Source: Rebecca billardiae RCC1528
Taxonomy: Eukaryota > Protista > Haptophyta
Reading direction: 5' to 3'
Assembly: GCA_965240325.2 (NCBI GenBank)
Contig: OZ251234.1
Location: forward strand, 1 to 64,000
DNA: 64,000 bases
Part shown: in pieces, positions 47,766 to 60,503 of the stretch
How the letters are laid out: every line of letters starts with the position of its first letter
How positions within the stretch are numbered: position 1 is the stretch's first letter
Made by a program: the position numbers and the translations under genes
Notes under the pieces: generated by a model
Database searches by the model: none
What the model saw: the letters and a program-made list of their open reading frames with translations, nothing else
Told to the model about the DNA's origin: nothing

Positions 47766-48679
47766 CCGCAAGGGGCTTACAAAATACCACTGGGGGCGAA
47801 AGCGCCAGTGAGGAGCCCCGTCGGATGCGAGGCTCCTGAGACGGATAGTGTCCGGGAGCTCGTACAGGGGGGTCCAGATGGTGGGCCCCACTTTGGCGGT
47901 GGCTGGCCAGGTAGTGCGGCACGTCCGTGCCTCTGGACGGGCATTGAGCGGTGGCGAGGTCGCCAAATGGCGTGGCGTGGTCCCAGACAAGGTTGTTACT
48001 AGTCCTGATCAGCTTGCTAGCCATGCCGGTCGTTGATCACCCTGCCGTTGACAGGCGCGCACACGCTAAACGTATTCGCACGGCAGCCGTGTCGGACGGC
48101 GGTCGCACGACTACCGCGCAGCCAACCTTGCTCGTCCGATCCACGGCTTGTAGGGTCAGATGGACCATTGCCAGGCATGCACCGTCGCAATGCATGCTCC
48201 AGAGGGCAGTATGACCGTCAGAACGGTGATCCTGGCCGCTACCTGCCCATCCTTCTCATGCGCAACCTCACCGGCGCGCCGGTCGTACGGGGTCGTGGAC
48301 GTGGACGTGAGAGTGGTCGAAAAGTCGGAAGGGAAGCTGTCACTCACGCACACGCGCTCGTACGGCGACGCCGACCTGCCTACGCCACGCCCCAGTGACC
48401 GGGCCGTGGCGCTGGGGCCTTAGATCGCGTTGGGACGGGCATTCACGCCCGCCATGGCTTCCCTTCCGAAGTGGGAAACTTCATCTGGCCCCCCCTGTAT
48501 GAAAAAAAGACCGGAATGCCTTGAAAGAATACGAGATGGCTCGACAGATTACCCGCTTTCCCGGATTCAAACTTCCCCCACAGCGTTTTCCACTGACCGG
48601 ACACTGTCCGTCTCAGGAGCCTCGCATCCGACAGCTGTGTTTCGCCCCCAGTGGTATTTTGTTGTAAGCCCCTTGCCCC
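47766..48679. mobile_element. Non-autonomous TIR element (~914 bp)
   Basis: ~80-bp imperfect TIRs (GCAAGGGGCTTACAAAATACCACTGGGGGCGAAA...GTCGGATGCGAGGCTCCTGAGACGGA); 8-bp direct repeat TACTGACG at 47758-47765 and 48680-48687. Confidence 0.85.
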
Positions 48680-49238
48680 TACTGACGGCCAGCACGCCCA
48701 GCACCGTCGGTCGCGTCGGACTACGAATCTAATCGGAGTAATCCGCGCAGGAGTGCGGGCACTATGACTAGCAGCGTCGCACCGCACTCACGCGGAGCGG
48801 AATGACAGATGGCGGCCCGCGCGCGTGTACGTCATCACCTGCGGCTCATGCCGCGGACAGCGGGCCCAGGGCCGCGGGATACGACGCCGCGGACCAGCGG
48901 CGGGGCGGGTGGACGGTGGTGCCCCTACTCGGCCCTACTGGTGGTAATGCAGGACTCAGACTGTCACTGAGGCGGGTGGCGAGGGACCGCGCCGGTCTCG
49001 CCAGACTGGGCGCAGCGGGGAGCTTCGACTCGGCCGAGCAGCCGAGCGTGGCGAGTCGACGGCCAGGCCCTGGGCCGCGCCTCGCGCGCGCTGCCGGTGC
49101 TGCCGGCCGCGCGCGCGGCGCGGGCCGGGCCGGGCTCGGCACGCACGCGTGGCACGACATCGCGCACAGCCGCTCGCAGCGGTGCGGCGCGGGGCCAGGG
49201 CCGCCTCGTCGCGCGCGAGCCGGCGGCGGCGGGCTGGC

Positions 49239-50285
49239 TCAGAGGTCGTTGAGCAGGAGCGGCAGGATGTCGAGCACCTCGAACGTGCGCACGCCGCCCT
49301 TCCCCGCGGGCAGCGCCTCGATGCGCTTCACCACGGTCGGGTTGGAGTTGGAGACGTAGAAGCGCTCAAACACGGAGCGGTCGCCGCCCTGCACAAACCG
49401 CGCCTCCTGCCCGGCGGGGAAGGCGGCGTGCGCGCAGAAGGCGGAGACGGTGATGGCGCCGGCGTAGTTGAGCGCCTTGGCGCACTCGACGAGCGTGCCG
49501 CCCGTCTTCACCATGTCGTCCACGATGAGCACGTGCTTGCCCGTGCACGCGCCGTCCTGGATGACGACGGTGCGCTGGTCGCCCACGCGCTTCTTGCCGC
49601 ACGTCACGATCGCGTACTCGGTGAAGAGGGAGCCGAAGCGCTTCTGCGCGCCCTCGTCGGGGAAGGCGATGACGTGGATCCCGGTGCGCGGCCGCGCGAG
49701 CACCTCCTTGATCAGCGGCACCGTCGTGTGCATCGTGGCGATCGCGCCCGTGTGCAGGTAGAAGCGGTTCTGCAGCGTGTGCAGGTCGTAGAACATCACG
49801 CGCGAGGGGCCGCCCGTGTGCGGCAGGCCGGAGAGCATGCGGCACACGGTGTTCGCCGTGGCCACCTCGCCCTCCAGCGTGATCCGCTCCATCGTCGCGG
49901 TGGGCAGGTACGGCAGGAAGATCGTCAGCGTCGCGATGAACGACTCGCACAGCATCACGAGCGCGTGCAGCTGCGAGAGGATCGCGTCGTTCGAGTTGAA
50001 GTCGGCGAGGAAGAGGATGTGCGAGCGCATCACCACGTTGACGGGGGAGAAGCCGCCGAGGATGATGTGGTCCATCCCCGAGTCGGCGAACTTGTCCCAC
50101 TGGCTCGGGTAGAAGCTGAAGCACGTCGGGTCCTCGGCCGCGAGCCGCTTCGCAAAGTCCTCGAGCGTCGGGTACGCGAGCACGACGTACTTGGTCGGGC
50201 GGAAGCCCTGCGGCGCCGAGCGCTGGCGCTTCACCGACGGCGAGTCATCGCGCCTCCCACCGCCCGCCGACCGCGGGTTCACCAT
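49239..50285 (-). CDS. Ribose-phosphate pyrophosphokinase, class II (PRS3/4-like)
   Basis: LPYLPTATMERI, EGEVATA, YDLHTLQNRFY, IAFPDEGAQKRF, IVDDMVKTGGTL. Confidence 0.95.
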   Translation of the reverse strand: MVNPRSAGGGRRDDSPSVKRQRSAPQGFRPTKYVVLAYPTLEDFAKRLAAEDPTCFSFYPSQWDKFADSGMDHIILGGFSPVNVVMRSHILFLADFNSNDAILSQLHALVMLCESFIATLTIFLPYLPTATMERITLEGEVATANTVCRMLSGLPHTGGPSRVMFYDLHTLQNRFYLHTGAIATMHTTVPLIKEVLARPRTGIHVIAFPDEGAQKRFGSLFTEYAIVTCGKKRVGDQRTVVIQDGACTGKHVLIVDDMVKTGGTLVECAKALNYAGAITVSAFCAHAAFPAGQEARFVQGGDRSVFERFYVSNSNPTVVKRIEALPAGKGGVRTFEVLDILPLLLNDL

Positions 50286-51047
50286 CGCCGCGTGCGTGCG
50301 GCCGCGGCGCGAGGCACAAGGCGGTCCCGATGAGCACTACGAACCACTGCCACAGCCGGCCGTGTGCCGAGCTCGCTGACGAAAAGAGCCGACCCGGCCC
50401 GGACCGCCGCCGTGTCGGCCGGTCGGGGTAGGGCTTGGCGGTGGGCTCCGGACGCGAATCCACACAACGTGTGACCGGCCACGTCAGACTCGTGTGTGTG
50501 TGCCCACGATCGTCGACTCGTCGAGCCGGTCGGGCTCGCACCCACTCCCGACCTGGGCGCCATTGCCGGCCGTGGTGTCATCGACGCGACATGCCGTGTC
50601 TCCCCCGACTCTGACGGCTCAGCCACACTGTTATGACTGCTTGCGGGCCTGTGCACCCATGATTTGAAGATTCATGCGGGATACGGCACCGAAACACTAG
50701 TGACACTGTCAGGCCATCGGCAATGTCAATGCGGGCGCGGTGACTGGAACGCGTGGATAGGTCCAGAGATATTGGAGACTGCATGGGCGGCTGTGCGCGA
50801 CTCAAATTCTTGGAGGAAACTGGACGTAGCTGCCACACTCCCGACAGCTTAAGCTTTACAGCCGCGCAACAGTGATGGTCGCAGCTTCACGCTTGAGTGA
50901 AGCTATACTGTAACGCTAACGAGTACGGTCTGTGGACTGTACGGACTGCTAAGACGCCTTGCGCCATTGGCGCCGACGGCGCGACGAATCATCAGTAGCG
51001 AATAATGCATTTGTGCCTGATTCCAGCAGCTAGAGTCTTTGTAGTAC

Positions 51048-52430
51048 CAGTAACTGGGTGGAATTCCCATTTTCTGGCGCACTTCCGCACTGGGGAGGCG
51101 GAAAAGCGGCATTTAATGCGCGAATAAGGAAGAAAGTAACAATAAAGGGAAGAAAGCGCACGCAGTGCGAAGAAATTTTTTCGGCCGGTTTAGTTAGTAT
51201 CAGCGTAGTAGTATTATCACTATTATGCGAAGCATCACTCCGTGCTGCGAGGCGGCCTGCTTGCGCACGCGGCGTCCCGAGCACCCTCGGGGCTCAGCTG
51301 CGGCTCGGCCTGCGCACGCTCAGCAAGCTCGCGTGCGGCCTGCACCTTGCCCGCCGCCTTGACTCTCGAGCAAGAGGATCGACGTAAGAGTGAGCGTGTG
51401 CCGCCGAGCTGCTGTCCGGCAGCCACCCGCGACTGCAGCCGCTGGCCGCGGTGCCTGGCCTCGGCGCGGCCCCACAGGCTCAGCGCTGGGAGCTCATCCT
51501 CCTCCTGCGCTCCTCCTCCAGGCGTTTGAGCCGCCGCCGCCTTGGCCGCCTCGTCCTCGTCGATCAGCTGAACGGCGGGAGTGATGTCTCTGCTCAGCTG
51601 AGTGTGACGTGACAAGCGAGGCGACGAGCGACAGCAGCCCGATGACCAAGCCGACGAGCTCATCGTACGAGCCGTCACGCGTGCGCTCGTGCCGTGTCTG
51701 AGCTGGCTCGCGCTCGTACGCCGACCAGGCTTTGCTCGGACTGAACGCGTGTGCTCAGGCGTCCTTGCGTGTGCGCTTGGACGGCCGCGGGCCGTCATCT
51801 GGTCCGACCGCGCGCAGCTCGATCTCGGAAGCGTTGAGCTGCTCCGCGGTTGACTCACCCTCTGCCTCAGGCTCGACCACGGCAGCAGGCCCCGCAGCAG
51901 CCGCCAGGTAGCATCGGCAGGAGCCCCTGCGCCACCCGACGCCATCCGCACATCGTCGCCAGCTTGCCGCACACGCGCTGGACCACGGCCTCGCCGCGCT
52001 TGACGCGGAGGTGGTGCCAGGTCGTCGTGCCAATCGTTTGGCTATCGACAACGGGCACGGGCACCTCGATCACGACAACGCCTGTCGCGTAGGCTGTGTA
52101 GCCATGTCCGTCCACGACTCCGTCGTGGGTGGACGGCGCACGCCATCGCGGCCGTGGGCGCAAGTGTCTCGTGATTAGTCGCGTGAATTGTTTTTTTATT
52201 CACTAATTCGCCCAGCCGCTACATCGAACTCGACAACGGTTGCTTTTACACCCGCGGTCTTTTGACTGTGCAAATGGGGCGCCGCCCCATGCTCAAATCC
52301 GAAGAGAACGAAGATGTAAAAGTGTCTGGTCCCTAGATACTGTGCTGTCCGGGTCCCGGTCCGGTCAGATCTGAGCAGCCGGATTTTCCGCCCGGACAGG
52401 CCAGAAAATGGGATTTTCACCCAACTACTA
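51048..52430. mobile_element. Decayed hAT-like TIR element (~1.38 kb)
   Basis: Imperfect TIRs (C/T)AGTA..TGGGTG.AA.TCCCATTTTCTGGC...GGCGGAAAA; minus-strand remnant LSIAKRLARRPGTTSASSAARPWSS resembles the hAT dimerisation motif; no clean TSD. Confidence 0.65.
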
Positions 52431-53686
52431 TCTGGCAGCCTGGCCTAGGCGCCTAGCGCCATGACAGCAGCTGTGCTGATGAACGTATAGGCTTAGCAGT
52501 GCGATGCTCGCTTGCGCCTGAGCCCTGACCACTGACTTGAAGTGATGCATGAGAAGTGAGGTGAGACCGGGGAGGCCTTTGCCCGGACGCTCACTGTCCG
52601 GCTCAGCCGGTGCGGCTGCACCGGGTGCACCGCCTGGTGAGTGCAGATTAGTAAGTTACCACGAGCCTTCGGTCAGTTAGTCACCACACTCTTTACGGGC
52701 CGCGACTGACCGTCGGCGGCTCGGTCATCAGTCGGCACTCGCGATTACCGCCGTCCGGTGACCTGACCGGTACAGCCAGTCGGTACTGCCGTTGCCGGCG
52801 TGTCCGCGTGTGGTCTGTGGACTTGTCGTTTCACGCGTTTGCAGATCCCGGTGTGGCGTCTGGCCGTCTGCCGGTGTTTACAGTCAGGTGTGCAGCGCGC
52901 ACTAGGAGTGACTAGGCGACTATGGGCTGTGCCAGGGGCGAGCAGCAGGTGTCGCTGGTTCGCACATACATGGGTTGTCCCTGGCAGCAGCCTGTCACCT
53001 GTCCGTCCGGTTCAGACCCGGACTGCCACTGCCGCGTGCAAGCTAACTGGGGAAACTGCGGCCTGGCCCCATTAGGGGAGGTAGTCCGGGTGTCAACCGG
53101 ACAGGCCTGTCACCCAGTACTGTGCGTCGGCAGCTAGGCTCAAGGGCGTTCCACTTCCCGGGATCCTGCCACACGCTCCCGAAAGCAATGCCCCCCCTGG
53201 GGGGGGGGGGGGCATTGCTACCGGACTGGCGCGGGCCGTAATCAAATGTACCCGCTTGAAATAGAGGTAGCCATCAATTTCAATAGGAACGCGGTTCGAT
53301 TTGGCGATGACCAGTGCGGGGAACGCCCCTGTGTAAGGACCTGATGCTGCTGATTCGCGACTGATACCACAATCATGGACAAAATAATCTGCTTGAATCT
53401 TGGAATCTTCATCACTGATGAGTCTCGTCAACGACAGAGACTCTAAGAGTATCGTCTGCATCTCTCGGGTATCTTCCTCGACGTGCACTCAACGCGGGGC
53501 ATCATCTCTTCAGAACTTGTCGTGGTCGCGTGGATGAATGTGTGATGAGAGATCCGCCTGTGAACCAGGGAAGGGAATCAGGCCATTATTGTCATCACGC
53601 GGAGGCCGGACAACGACTCGCATCTTTGTTGCGTTCGCCCACGCGCACGGCGACGCGAGTTTTCACACGCCCGCACGTGGCGAGCC

Positions 53687-54685
53687 ATGAGACGACGTGG
53701 CAGCTCTGCGGCCATCCTCGCACGTGTCATCGCCGCCGCGCTCCTGACGACGGGCAGCACGCTCCGCGTGCAAGTCCCCGTCACGGCGAGCGGGCACTCG
53801 CACAGCCTCCTCCTCCGGCCGCTCCCGGCAGGCCAGCCTCACTCGCAGCCGGCGTCGCCCACGGCGCTGGCCCCACTTTCGCCGACGCCGAGCCCGTCGC
53901 AGCGGCCACCGACGTACCCTACTGAGCGCGACATCCCGCTTGGCAAAGATGCAACGCGGTCGACGCCGGCGTACGGCGACAGCGGGTGGTGGGGGCAGGC
54001 AGACGCGTCCTCCTCCACCGCTGCTCATCACAGCATCGAGCAGGAGGTGCTCGGTGCCTTCCAGGCCGTCGCGCGCTGGTTGTTTGCAAGCTCTGCGGTT
54101 GTCATGCTCATCATCGGGGCGCTCAGCGTGGCCAAGCCGCTCAAGGTGCCGCGAAGTAGCCCGCAGCAGCCGCTGACGAGCGCCCGGCTGCCGCCGGAGT
54201 GGCGCAAGCGGTCACGCTGCCACAGCATCGCGGTTGTGCCCGGCTCGTCCACGTCGCCGCGGCGGCGCTTGCTCGACGACGGCCGCGCGCTCAAGTGCAA
54301 CTCCGGCGTGACGCGGGCGCCTGTCCACCCGGCGCTCGTCGATGCCCCCGAGCCTGCGCGCGTTCAGACCGCCGATGATCTGCGCAGCCGCAAGCCGCCG
54401 CCAACGCTCATTCGCAAGCGCTTCCCCCCGCCGATGACGTTGCCGCCCCCGCTGCTCAGCGCGCCCAAGCGCACGCCCCCCGACAGCCCGTGTGAGGTGC
54501 ACGTGCGGATCCCGGCGCTGATATGCGACGAGGACGTCCTTTCGTCCGACGACGAGTGTGATGGCCCGCCCATCAGCATTGCCGGCAGCCACTGCCTGCC
54601 TCAGTTCATCCCGGCGCGGCCGGCGCCGACCGCCACATCGTCATCGTCCGCATGGTCCGATCCCATGTGGCCGGCGATGGCGTGA
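53687..54685 (+). CDS. Hypothetical protein with a signal peptide and one TM helix
   Basis: Hydrophobic N-terminus, TM WLFASSAVVMLIIGALSV, Pro-rich tail; weaker codon bias than neighbouring genes. Confidence 0.5.
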   Translation: MRRRGSSAAILARVIAAALLTTGSTLRVQVPVTASGHSHSLLLRPLPAGQPHSQPASPTALAPLSPTPSPSQRPPTYPTERDIPLGKDATRSTPAYGDSGWWGQADASSSTAAHHSIEQEVLGAFQAVARWLFASSAVVMLIIGALSVAKPLKVPRSSPQQPLTSARLPPEWRKRSRCHSIAVVPGSSTSPRRRLLDDGRALKCNSGVTRAPVHPALVDAPEPARVQTADDLRSRKPPPTLIRKRFPPPMTLPPPLLSAPKRTPPDSPCEVHVRIPALICDEDVLSSDDECDGPPISIAGSHCLPQFIPARPAPTATSSSSAWSDPMWPAMA

Positions 54686-54904
54686 CGATGACGATATATA
54701 TCGCTGATGACGACGATATGATGGTCCTGGATGCTGATGATATGATCTATATATATGCGCTGATGCATCATGTGTGCGCGGCATCATGACGACCGTGATG
54801 ATGCGCTGCGCTGATGATGCGCAGCATGTTAGTCGTCGATCCGATCATCATCATCGACATCGTCGTCCGGCCCCGCCGGCCACCAGCAGTAGCAGCAGCG
54901 GCCG

Positions 54905-56510
54905 CTAGTGCGGGGCGATCTCCCTCACATCGACCGAGCGCCGGCTGCCGCGCGCGCCCTGCTTGCTGCGCCCTCCGGCCGCCTTGCTGTTCGCCTTCTT
55001 GAGCGCGGCCGCGCCCTCCCCGCCCTCGACGGGCAGGCTCTGCTCGCGCGCGAGCCGCGCGAGCAGCCGCGGGCCCAGGGTGTCCGCGAGCGCGTCCAGC
55101 GCCCTCTCGCCCTCGGCCGACGTGTCGGTGGCGAGCGAGTCGGCCAGCCCCTGCACGAAGGCGAAGCGCCCGGCGCCGTCCAGCTCCTGCGCGCGCGGAG
55201 GGCGGAGCCGCGCGAGCGCGGGGGAGGGCGGGGCTCACGAGTGAGCGCTGTGCGCCGTGCGCCGTGCGCCGTGCGCCGCGCTCGCACCTGGTACGCGGCG
55301 CCGACGAGGGCGGTCGGCTCGGCCGAGGCGAGGCCGAGTCCCGCGCCCAGGCCCTTGGCGCGCGCGGCCGCGCCGCGCAGCTGCGGCTGCGGCGGCTGCA
55401 GCGCGGTCTGCTGCTGCTGCAGCGCGTGCTGCTGCTGCGCGGCCAGCGCGTCGTGCGCGCGCAGCAGCAGCTCGCTGCCGTCCGCCGCGGCCGGCTTGGG
55501 CCGGCGCGGCGGCGGCGCGGCCGCGGGCGCGGCCGCGGGCGCGTCGGCGGCGGCGGCGTCGGTCGAGCCGCGCCGCGCGTCCGCCGCGGCGTGCTCGGCG
55601 GAGGGCGCGCCGATCGCGCCGAGCAGCAGCCGCATGTGGTTCAGCCGCTCCTCCGCCTCCTCCTCGCCCGGCCCCGCCATGTCCGCGACGATGGCGCGCG
55701 CCAACCTCCCGAGCAGCGCGCGCAGCCGCACGCCGTCCATGTCAGCCGCGTCCACGAGCGTGCGCGCGCCGAGCGCGGCGAGGAAGTTGGCGGGCAGGTT
55801 GCAGTGCTCGACGAGGAGCTTGGCGAAGGCCTCGAGCGAGGGGCGCGGCCGCCCGCCGTCGCGCCCGCCGCCGTCCAGCTTCTGCCCCGCGCCGGGCGTG
55901 TGCGCGTTCGGCGGCGCCACCAGCACGCCGCCCACGGCCGCGAGCACGCGCGCGGGGTCGGGGCGCGAGCCGAGCTCCCGGCCGAGGAAGCCCGCGGCCT
56001 CGTCGCCGACCATCGCGTTGAGCAGCAGCTCGCCGAGCTCGCGCCGCGCCTCGCGCCCCATCGCCGCGAGCGCCGGCCCCTTCATCAGCTCGGTGAGCAG
56101 CTCCCGCCGGTCCGGGTCGGACAGCTCGCGCTCGGCCATCGCCTCGAGCGTGCTCACGCGCGCGCCGGGCTCCATCGCGCGCAGCCCCTCGCGCACGGCG
56201 TGCTGCCGCTCGGCGGGGGAGCACGCGTCGCGCAGCAGCGTGGAGAGCGCGCGCAGCCGGCCGCCGTCGTCGCGCGCGGCGTGCAGCGCGCCCGCGAGCG
56301 TGTCGAGCTTCGCCTCCGTCCACGTGGCCGTGAGCCCACGCACCACGCCCAGCTGCGCACGCGAGCGCACGCGCACGCGCACGCGCACGCGCACGCGCGC
56401 ACGCGCGCGCGCGCGGGCGGGGCGGGGCGGGCCGCGGAGGAGGGCGCTGAGCGGCCGCGCAGGCGCGCGCACACGCGCGCGCACACGCGCGCGCACACAC
56501 ACGCTCGCCC

Positions 56511-56550
<40 letters not shown>

Positions 56551-58018
56551 TCGCACCTGCTCCACGCCGGGCAGCATGCGCAGCGCGGCCACGCGCGCGT
56601 CTGCGCCGCACTGCAGCAGCAGCGCCGCCGTCACGTCCGCGAGCTCGGCGCCCTGCAGCTCGGCGAGGGTGGGGCGGAGGGCGCGCAGCCGCTCGGCGAG
56701 GGTCATCGTGGCGATCGAGGTGCCCTGCAGCCGCTGCACCGAGCGGCGCAGCGAGTGCAGCTCGTCCGCCATCGCCTGCTGCGCCTGCTCGCTGCCGCCG
56801 GCCGCGTGCACACTCAGCAGCTGTCGGCCGAGCTCAGCCTCGCGCGCGGCGCACTCGGCGGCGTGCGCGCGGCCGTGCGCGTGCAGCGCGGCGAGGAGCT
56901 CGGTCCACTCGGCGTGCGCGCTGCCGCCGAGCGCGTCGACCAGCGCGCCGAACGCCTCGTCCCACGCGCGGTGCGCCGCGCCCACGTCCCCCGCCTCCTG
57001 CGCGTGCGCCAGCGCCGCCTGCAGCGCCCACTTGAGCTGCAGCGGCGCTGCGCCGCCCAGCGGCCGGTGCAGCCCGCCGTAGTAGGCCAGGCCCAGACGC
57101 ACGCCGAACGCCTGCGGGGCGCGCGCGGGGGGCGGGCGGGGAGGGCGGGGCACGCCGTCACGCGCCCCCTCGGTGGCGCGCGGGTGCGCTCTGCGCCCCC
57201 GGCCGCACCTTGACCGGCTGGGCGAGGCTGAGGGCGGGGGCCGCAGCCGCAGCAGCAGCGCCCCCCCAACTGCCCACGGGCACGAGGGGGCGCGCGGCGC
57301 GGTCGTCGGGCGGGATGGGCAGCGTCGACGGGTCCACGTCGGGCAGCGCCGGCGAGCGCGCCCCTCCGCGCGCCTCGTGCTGCTCCTGCGCCCACGAGAG
57401 GGTCCCGAGGCCGGGGGCCGCGCTGCTGCCGCCCGCGGGGCCGCCGCTGCCCCCGCCGCTGCCCCCGCCGCTGCCCCCGCCGCTGCCCCCGCCGCACGTC
57501 CAGCCGCCGGCGCTCTCGCTCGCGGCGGAGGGGACGGCGAGGGCGTACGCGTCGGCGGCGGCGTCGGAGGCGGCGCGCCGCGCGCGCAGCGCGCCGTGGC
57601 TCGTCGCCGGCCGCGCAGGCGCGCCCGCGCCGCCGCCGCCGTCGTGCGAGGCGGAGGCGCGCGAGCCGGCGGCCGCGGCGCTCGCGCTGAGCAGGTTGGG
57701 CTCGGCGGAGCGCACGGAGCGGGAGGAGGCCGGGCGCGGCGCGGCGGCGGCGGAGGCGCGCGCGGCGGCGAGCGCGCGGCGCCGCGCGCCGCCGAGCTGC
57801 TCGATCGTCGACTGCGGCAGCCTGCCCGCCGTGCCCGCGCGCGCCGGGTGCGAGCCGATTGCGCCGGGCAGCGTGAGCCTAGTGAGCTCTGCGTGCTGCT
57901 GCGTGCGCCAGGCGTGCGCGCGGTCGGAGGGGTTGTAGTAGCGCTTGAAGAGGGGCGTCTCCTTCAGCTGCGTCTGCGCGCGCCCGTCCGGCGCGCGCGG
58001 AGGCACCGCGGCGCTCAT
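54905..58018 (-). CDS. Hypothetical helical/coiled-coil protein
   Basis: ATG 58018; introns 57112-57208, 56353-56556 and 55187-55287 join GC3-rich frames. Confidence 0.7.
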
Positions 58019-58276
58019 CCAGACCGCCTCTCACGCCGTGCGGGCCGCCATTGACGTTACGGGCGAGCTGCGAATTTGTTTGCCGCGGCGGGTCCGGCCG
58101 CGGATCCCAAGCGCTGTCCGGGCGGTTGCGATGCCCTAACGCGGCGCGGGTTGATGACGACGCCTGGCCGCCGCCGCTCCCCGGCTGAAGCTGTCCAGCA
58201 TCGGAGCAGGGCGGCGCATCCCTCGGCGCCACCCCATCCTTCCTCGGCCGCACACGCGCGCAGCACTCCGAGCGCG

Positions 58277-58581
58277 ATGGCGTACGTGCCGCCGCACAGG
58301 CGCGGCAAGACGGAGGACGGCGGCGGCGCTTCGTCGCTCGCCGACCTCATGAGCAAGACCGGCGTCGCCGACGAGCCGCCGCGCCCGTCGCCGCCTTTGG
58401 GCGCGCGCGGCGACGACCTCCGCTGGGGCCGCGCCGACGAGGGCGAGCAGCGGCCGCCGCGCGGCGGGCGGCGCGACGACGAGCCGGGCGGCCGCGGCGG
58501 CGGCCCGCGTCGTGCCGACGACCACCACCACGAGCCGCGCGGCCCGCCAGCCTCGCGCGCGAGCGCGCAGGACGCGCGGTT

Positions 58582-58615
<34 letters not shown>

Positions 58616-60462
58616 CGCGGCGAGCGCGGCGGTGGGCGCGGCCACGAGCGCGGCCACGAGCGCGGCGAGCGCGGCGAGCGCGGCGGCGCGGAGCACCACC
58701 ACCGCGGTGGCGGCGCCGCCGCCGCCGAGCACCACCGCGGCGGCGCCGAGCACCACCAGCACCACCGCGGGGCCAAGCCGAGCGCGCCTCGCAAGTTTGG
58801 CTCCGTCGAGGCGGAGCGCTCGGGCGCGGGGCTCAAGTGGGCGGCGGCGGGCGGCGGCGGCGGCGGCGCGAGCCTGGAGGAGCTGCTCGCGGGGAGCGAG
58901 TGCGTCGACGACGAGGAGGGGCTGCGCATGATCTACCGCTTCCCGCCCGCCGCCGCCGCCGCCGCCGCCGCCGCGCCCGCCGCCGCCGCCGCGCCGGGCG
59001 CGGCGCCGAGCCCGCCGCCCGCGGCCGCGGCCGCGGCGGCGGCGCAGGCGCCGCCCGACCAGCCGCGCGGCGTGTACTTCCAGGACCGGCGTCGGCAGTA
59101 CGCCTTCGCGTGCGGCGGCGCGGGCATCGAGCTGCTCGGCCGGCTGCACGCCGCCTCTGCGCCCGTGTTTGCCGTCTCCAAGGACGCGGTGGGCGCGCAG
59201 GCCGCCAAAGAGGGCGTCGAGCCGTCCGCCGTGCTCGCGGAGGGCGAGCGGCTGTACGCGGACAAGCCGAACCTCAAGGTGCGCGGCCCGCCCGGCGGGG
59301 GGAGAGGGGGGGGCGCGCGCGTGTGCGTGCGCGTGCGTGCGCCGCGCATTGGCGTGTGCGTGTGCCGTGCACGCGTGCACGCGTGCACGCGTGCACGCGT
59401 GCACGCGTGCACGCTTGCACGCGTGCACGCTTGCACGCGTGCACGCGTGCACGCTTGCGCGCTTCTGCTCCGGCGGTGGGCGCTGCTGAGCGCACCGCCT
59501 TCCGCCCCCTGGACCCCGTGCCCCCCCCCCCCCCTCCCCTTTCCCCCGCCAGTCCTCGCGCGGCGGCGGCACCTGGTCCGACGCCGAGTACGGCCACGCC
59601 GGCCTTGCCGCCACGTACCTGCGCCTCAAGAGCGTGCAGCGCTTCACAGAGGCGTGGGCGCTGTGCGAGCGCGCGGCGGCCGCGCGGCTCTTCGCGCCCG
59701 CCAAGCTCGAGGCGCGCACCGTGCGCGTCGTCTCGATCGGCGGCGGGCCGGGCTTCGAGCTGCTCGCCTTCGAGACGTTCTGGCGCTACCTGCGCGACGC
59801 GCACGCGATGCGCCGCGCCAGCCTCGCCGCGCGGCACGCGGAGCGCGCGGAGGAGAAGGCGGCGCGGCACGCGGCCGCGCGCGACAAGGCGGCGGGCGGC
59901 GGGCTGGGCAGCGGGCTGGGCATGCCGGCGCTCGGGCTGCAGACCTCGTGGGCCGACGCCGTCTCCTCCGACGGCGAGTCCGACGGCGAGGACCCCGCGC
60001 TGCGCACCGTCGCCAAGGCGCGCCCCGAGCTGAGCGTGTACGAGTGGCTGTGCCGCCCACACGACCCTAACCCTAACCCTAACCCTAACACTGCCGCACC
60101 CTACCCCGCCGCCGAGTGCGAGCTGCAGCTGATCTCGCTCGACCTGCAGCCGGGCTGGGCGCCGTACGTGCACGCGCTCGCGCGCAGCACGCAGGGCTGG
60201 GCCAAGGGGCGCGTCTCCTCCTCGTACCACTTTGTGCGCGCAGACCTGCGCGAGCTCGGCCCAAGGCAGGGCGGGCTGCGCGCGCGGCTCGGGCGCGAGC
60301 TGGGCGGCACTGACGCGGCCGCCAAGGGCGGCAGGGGCGGGCGGAGCGGGCGCGGCGGCGGGCGCGGCGGCGGTGCGGACGCCCCCGCGATCGACTACGC
60401 CATCATCTCCAACGTGCTCATCTACTGCTCAGACCCCAAGACGGTGCGCACCCGCGCCCGCA

Positions 60463-60503
<41 letters not shown>

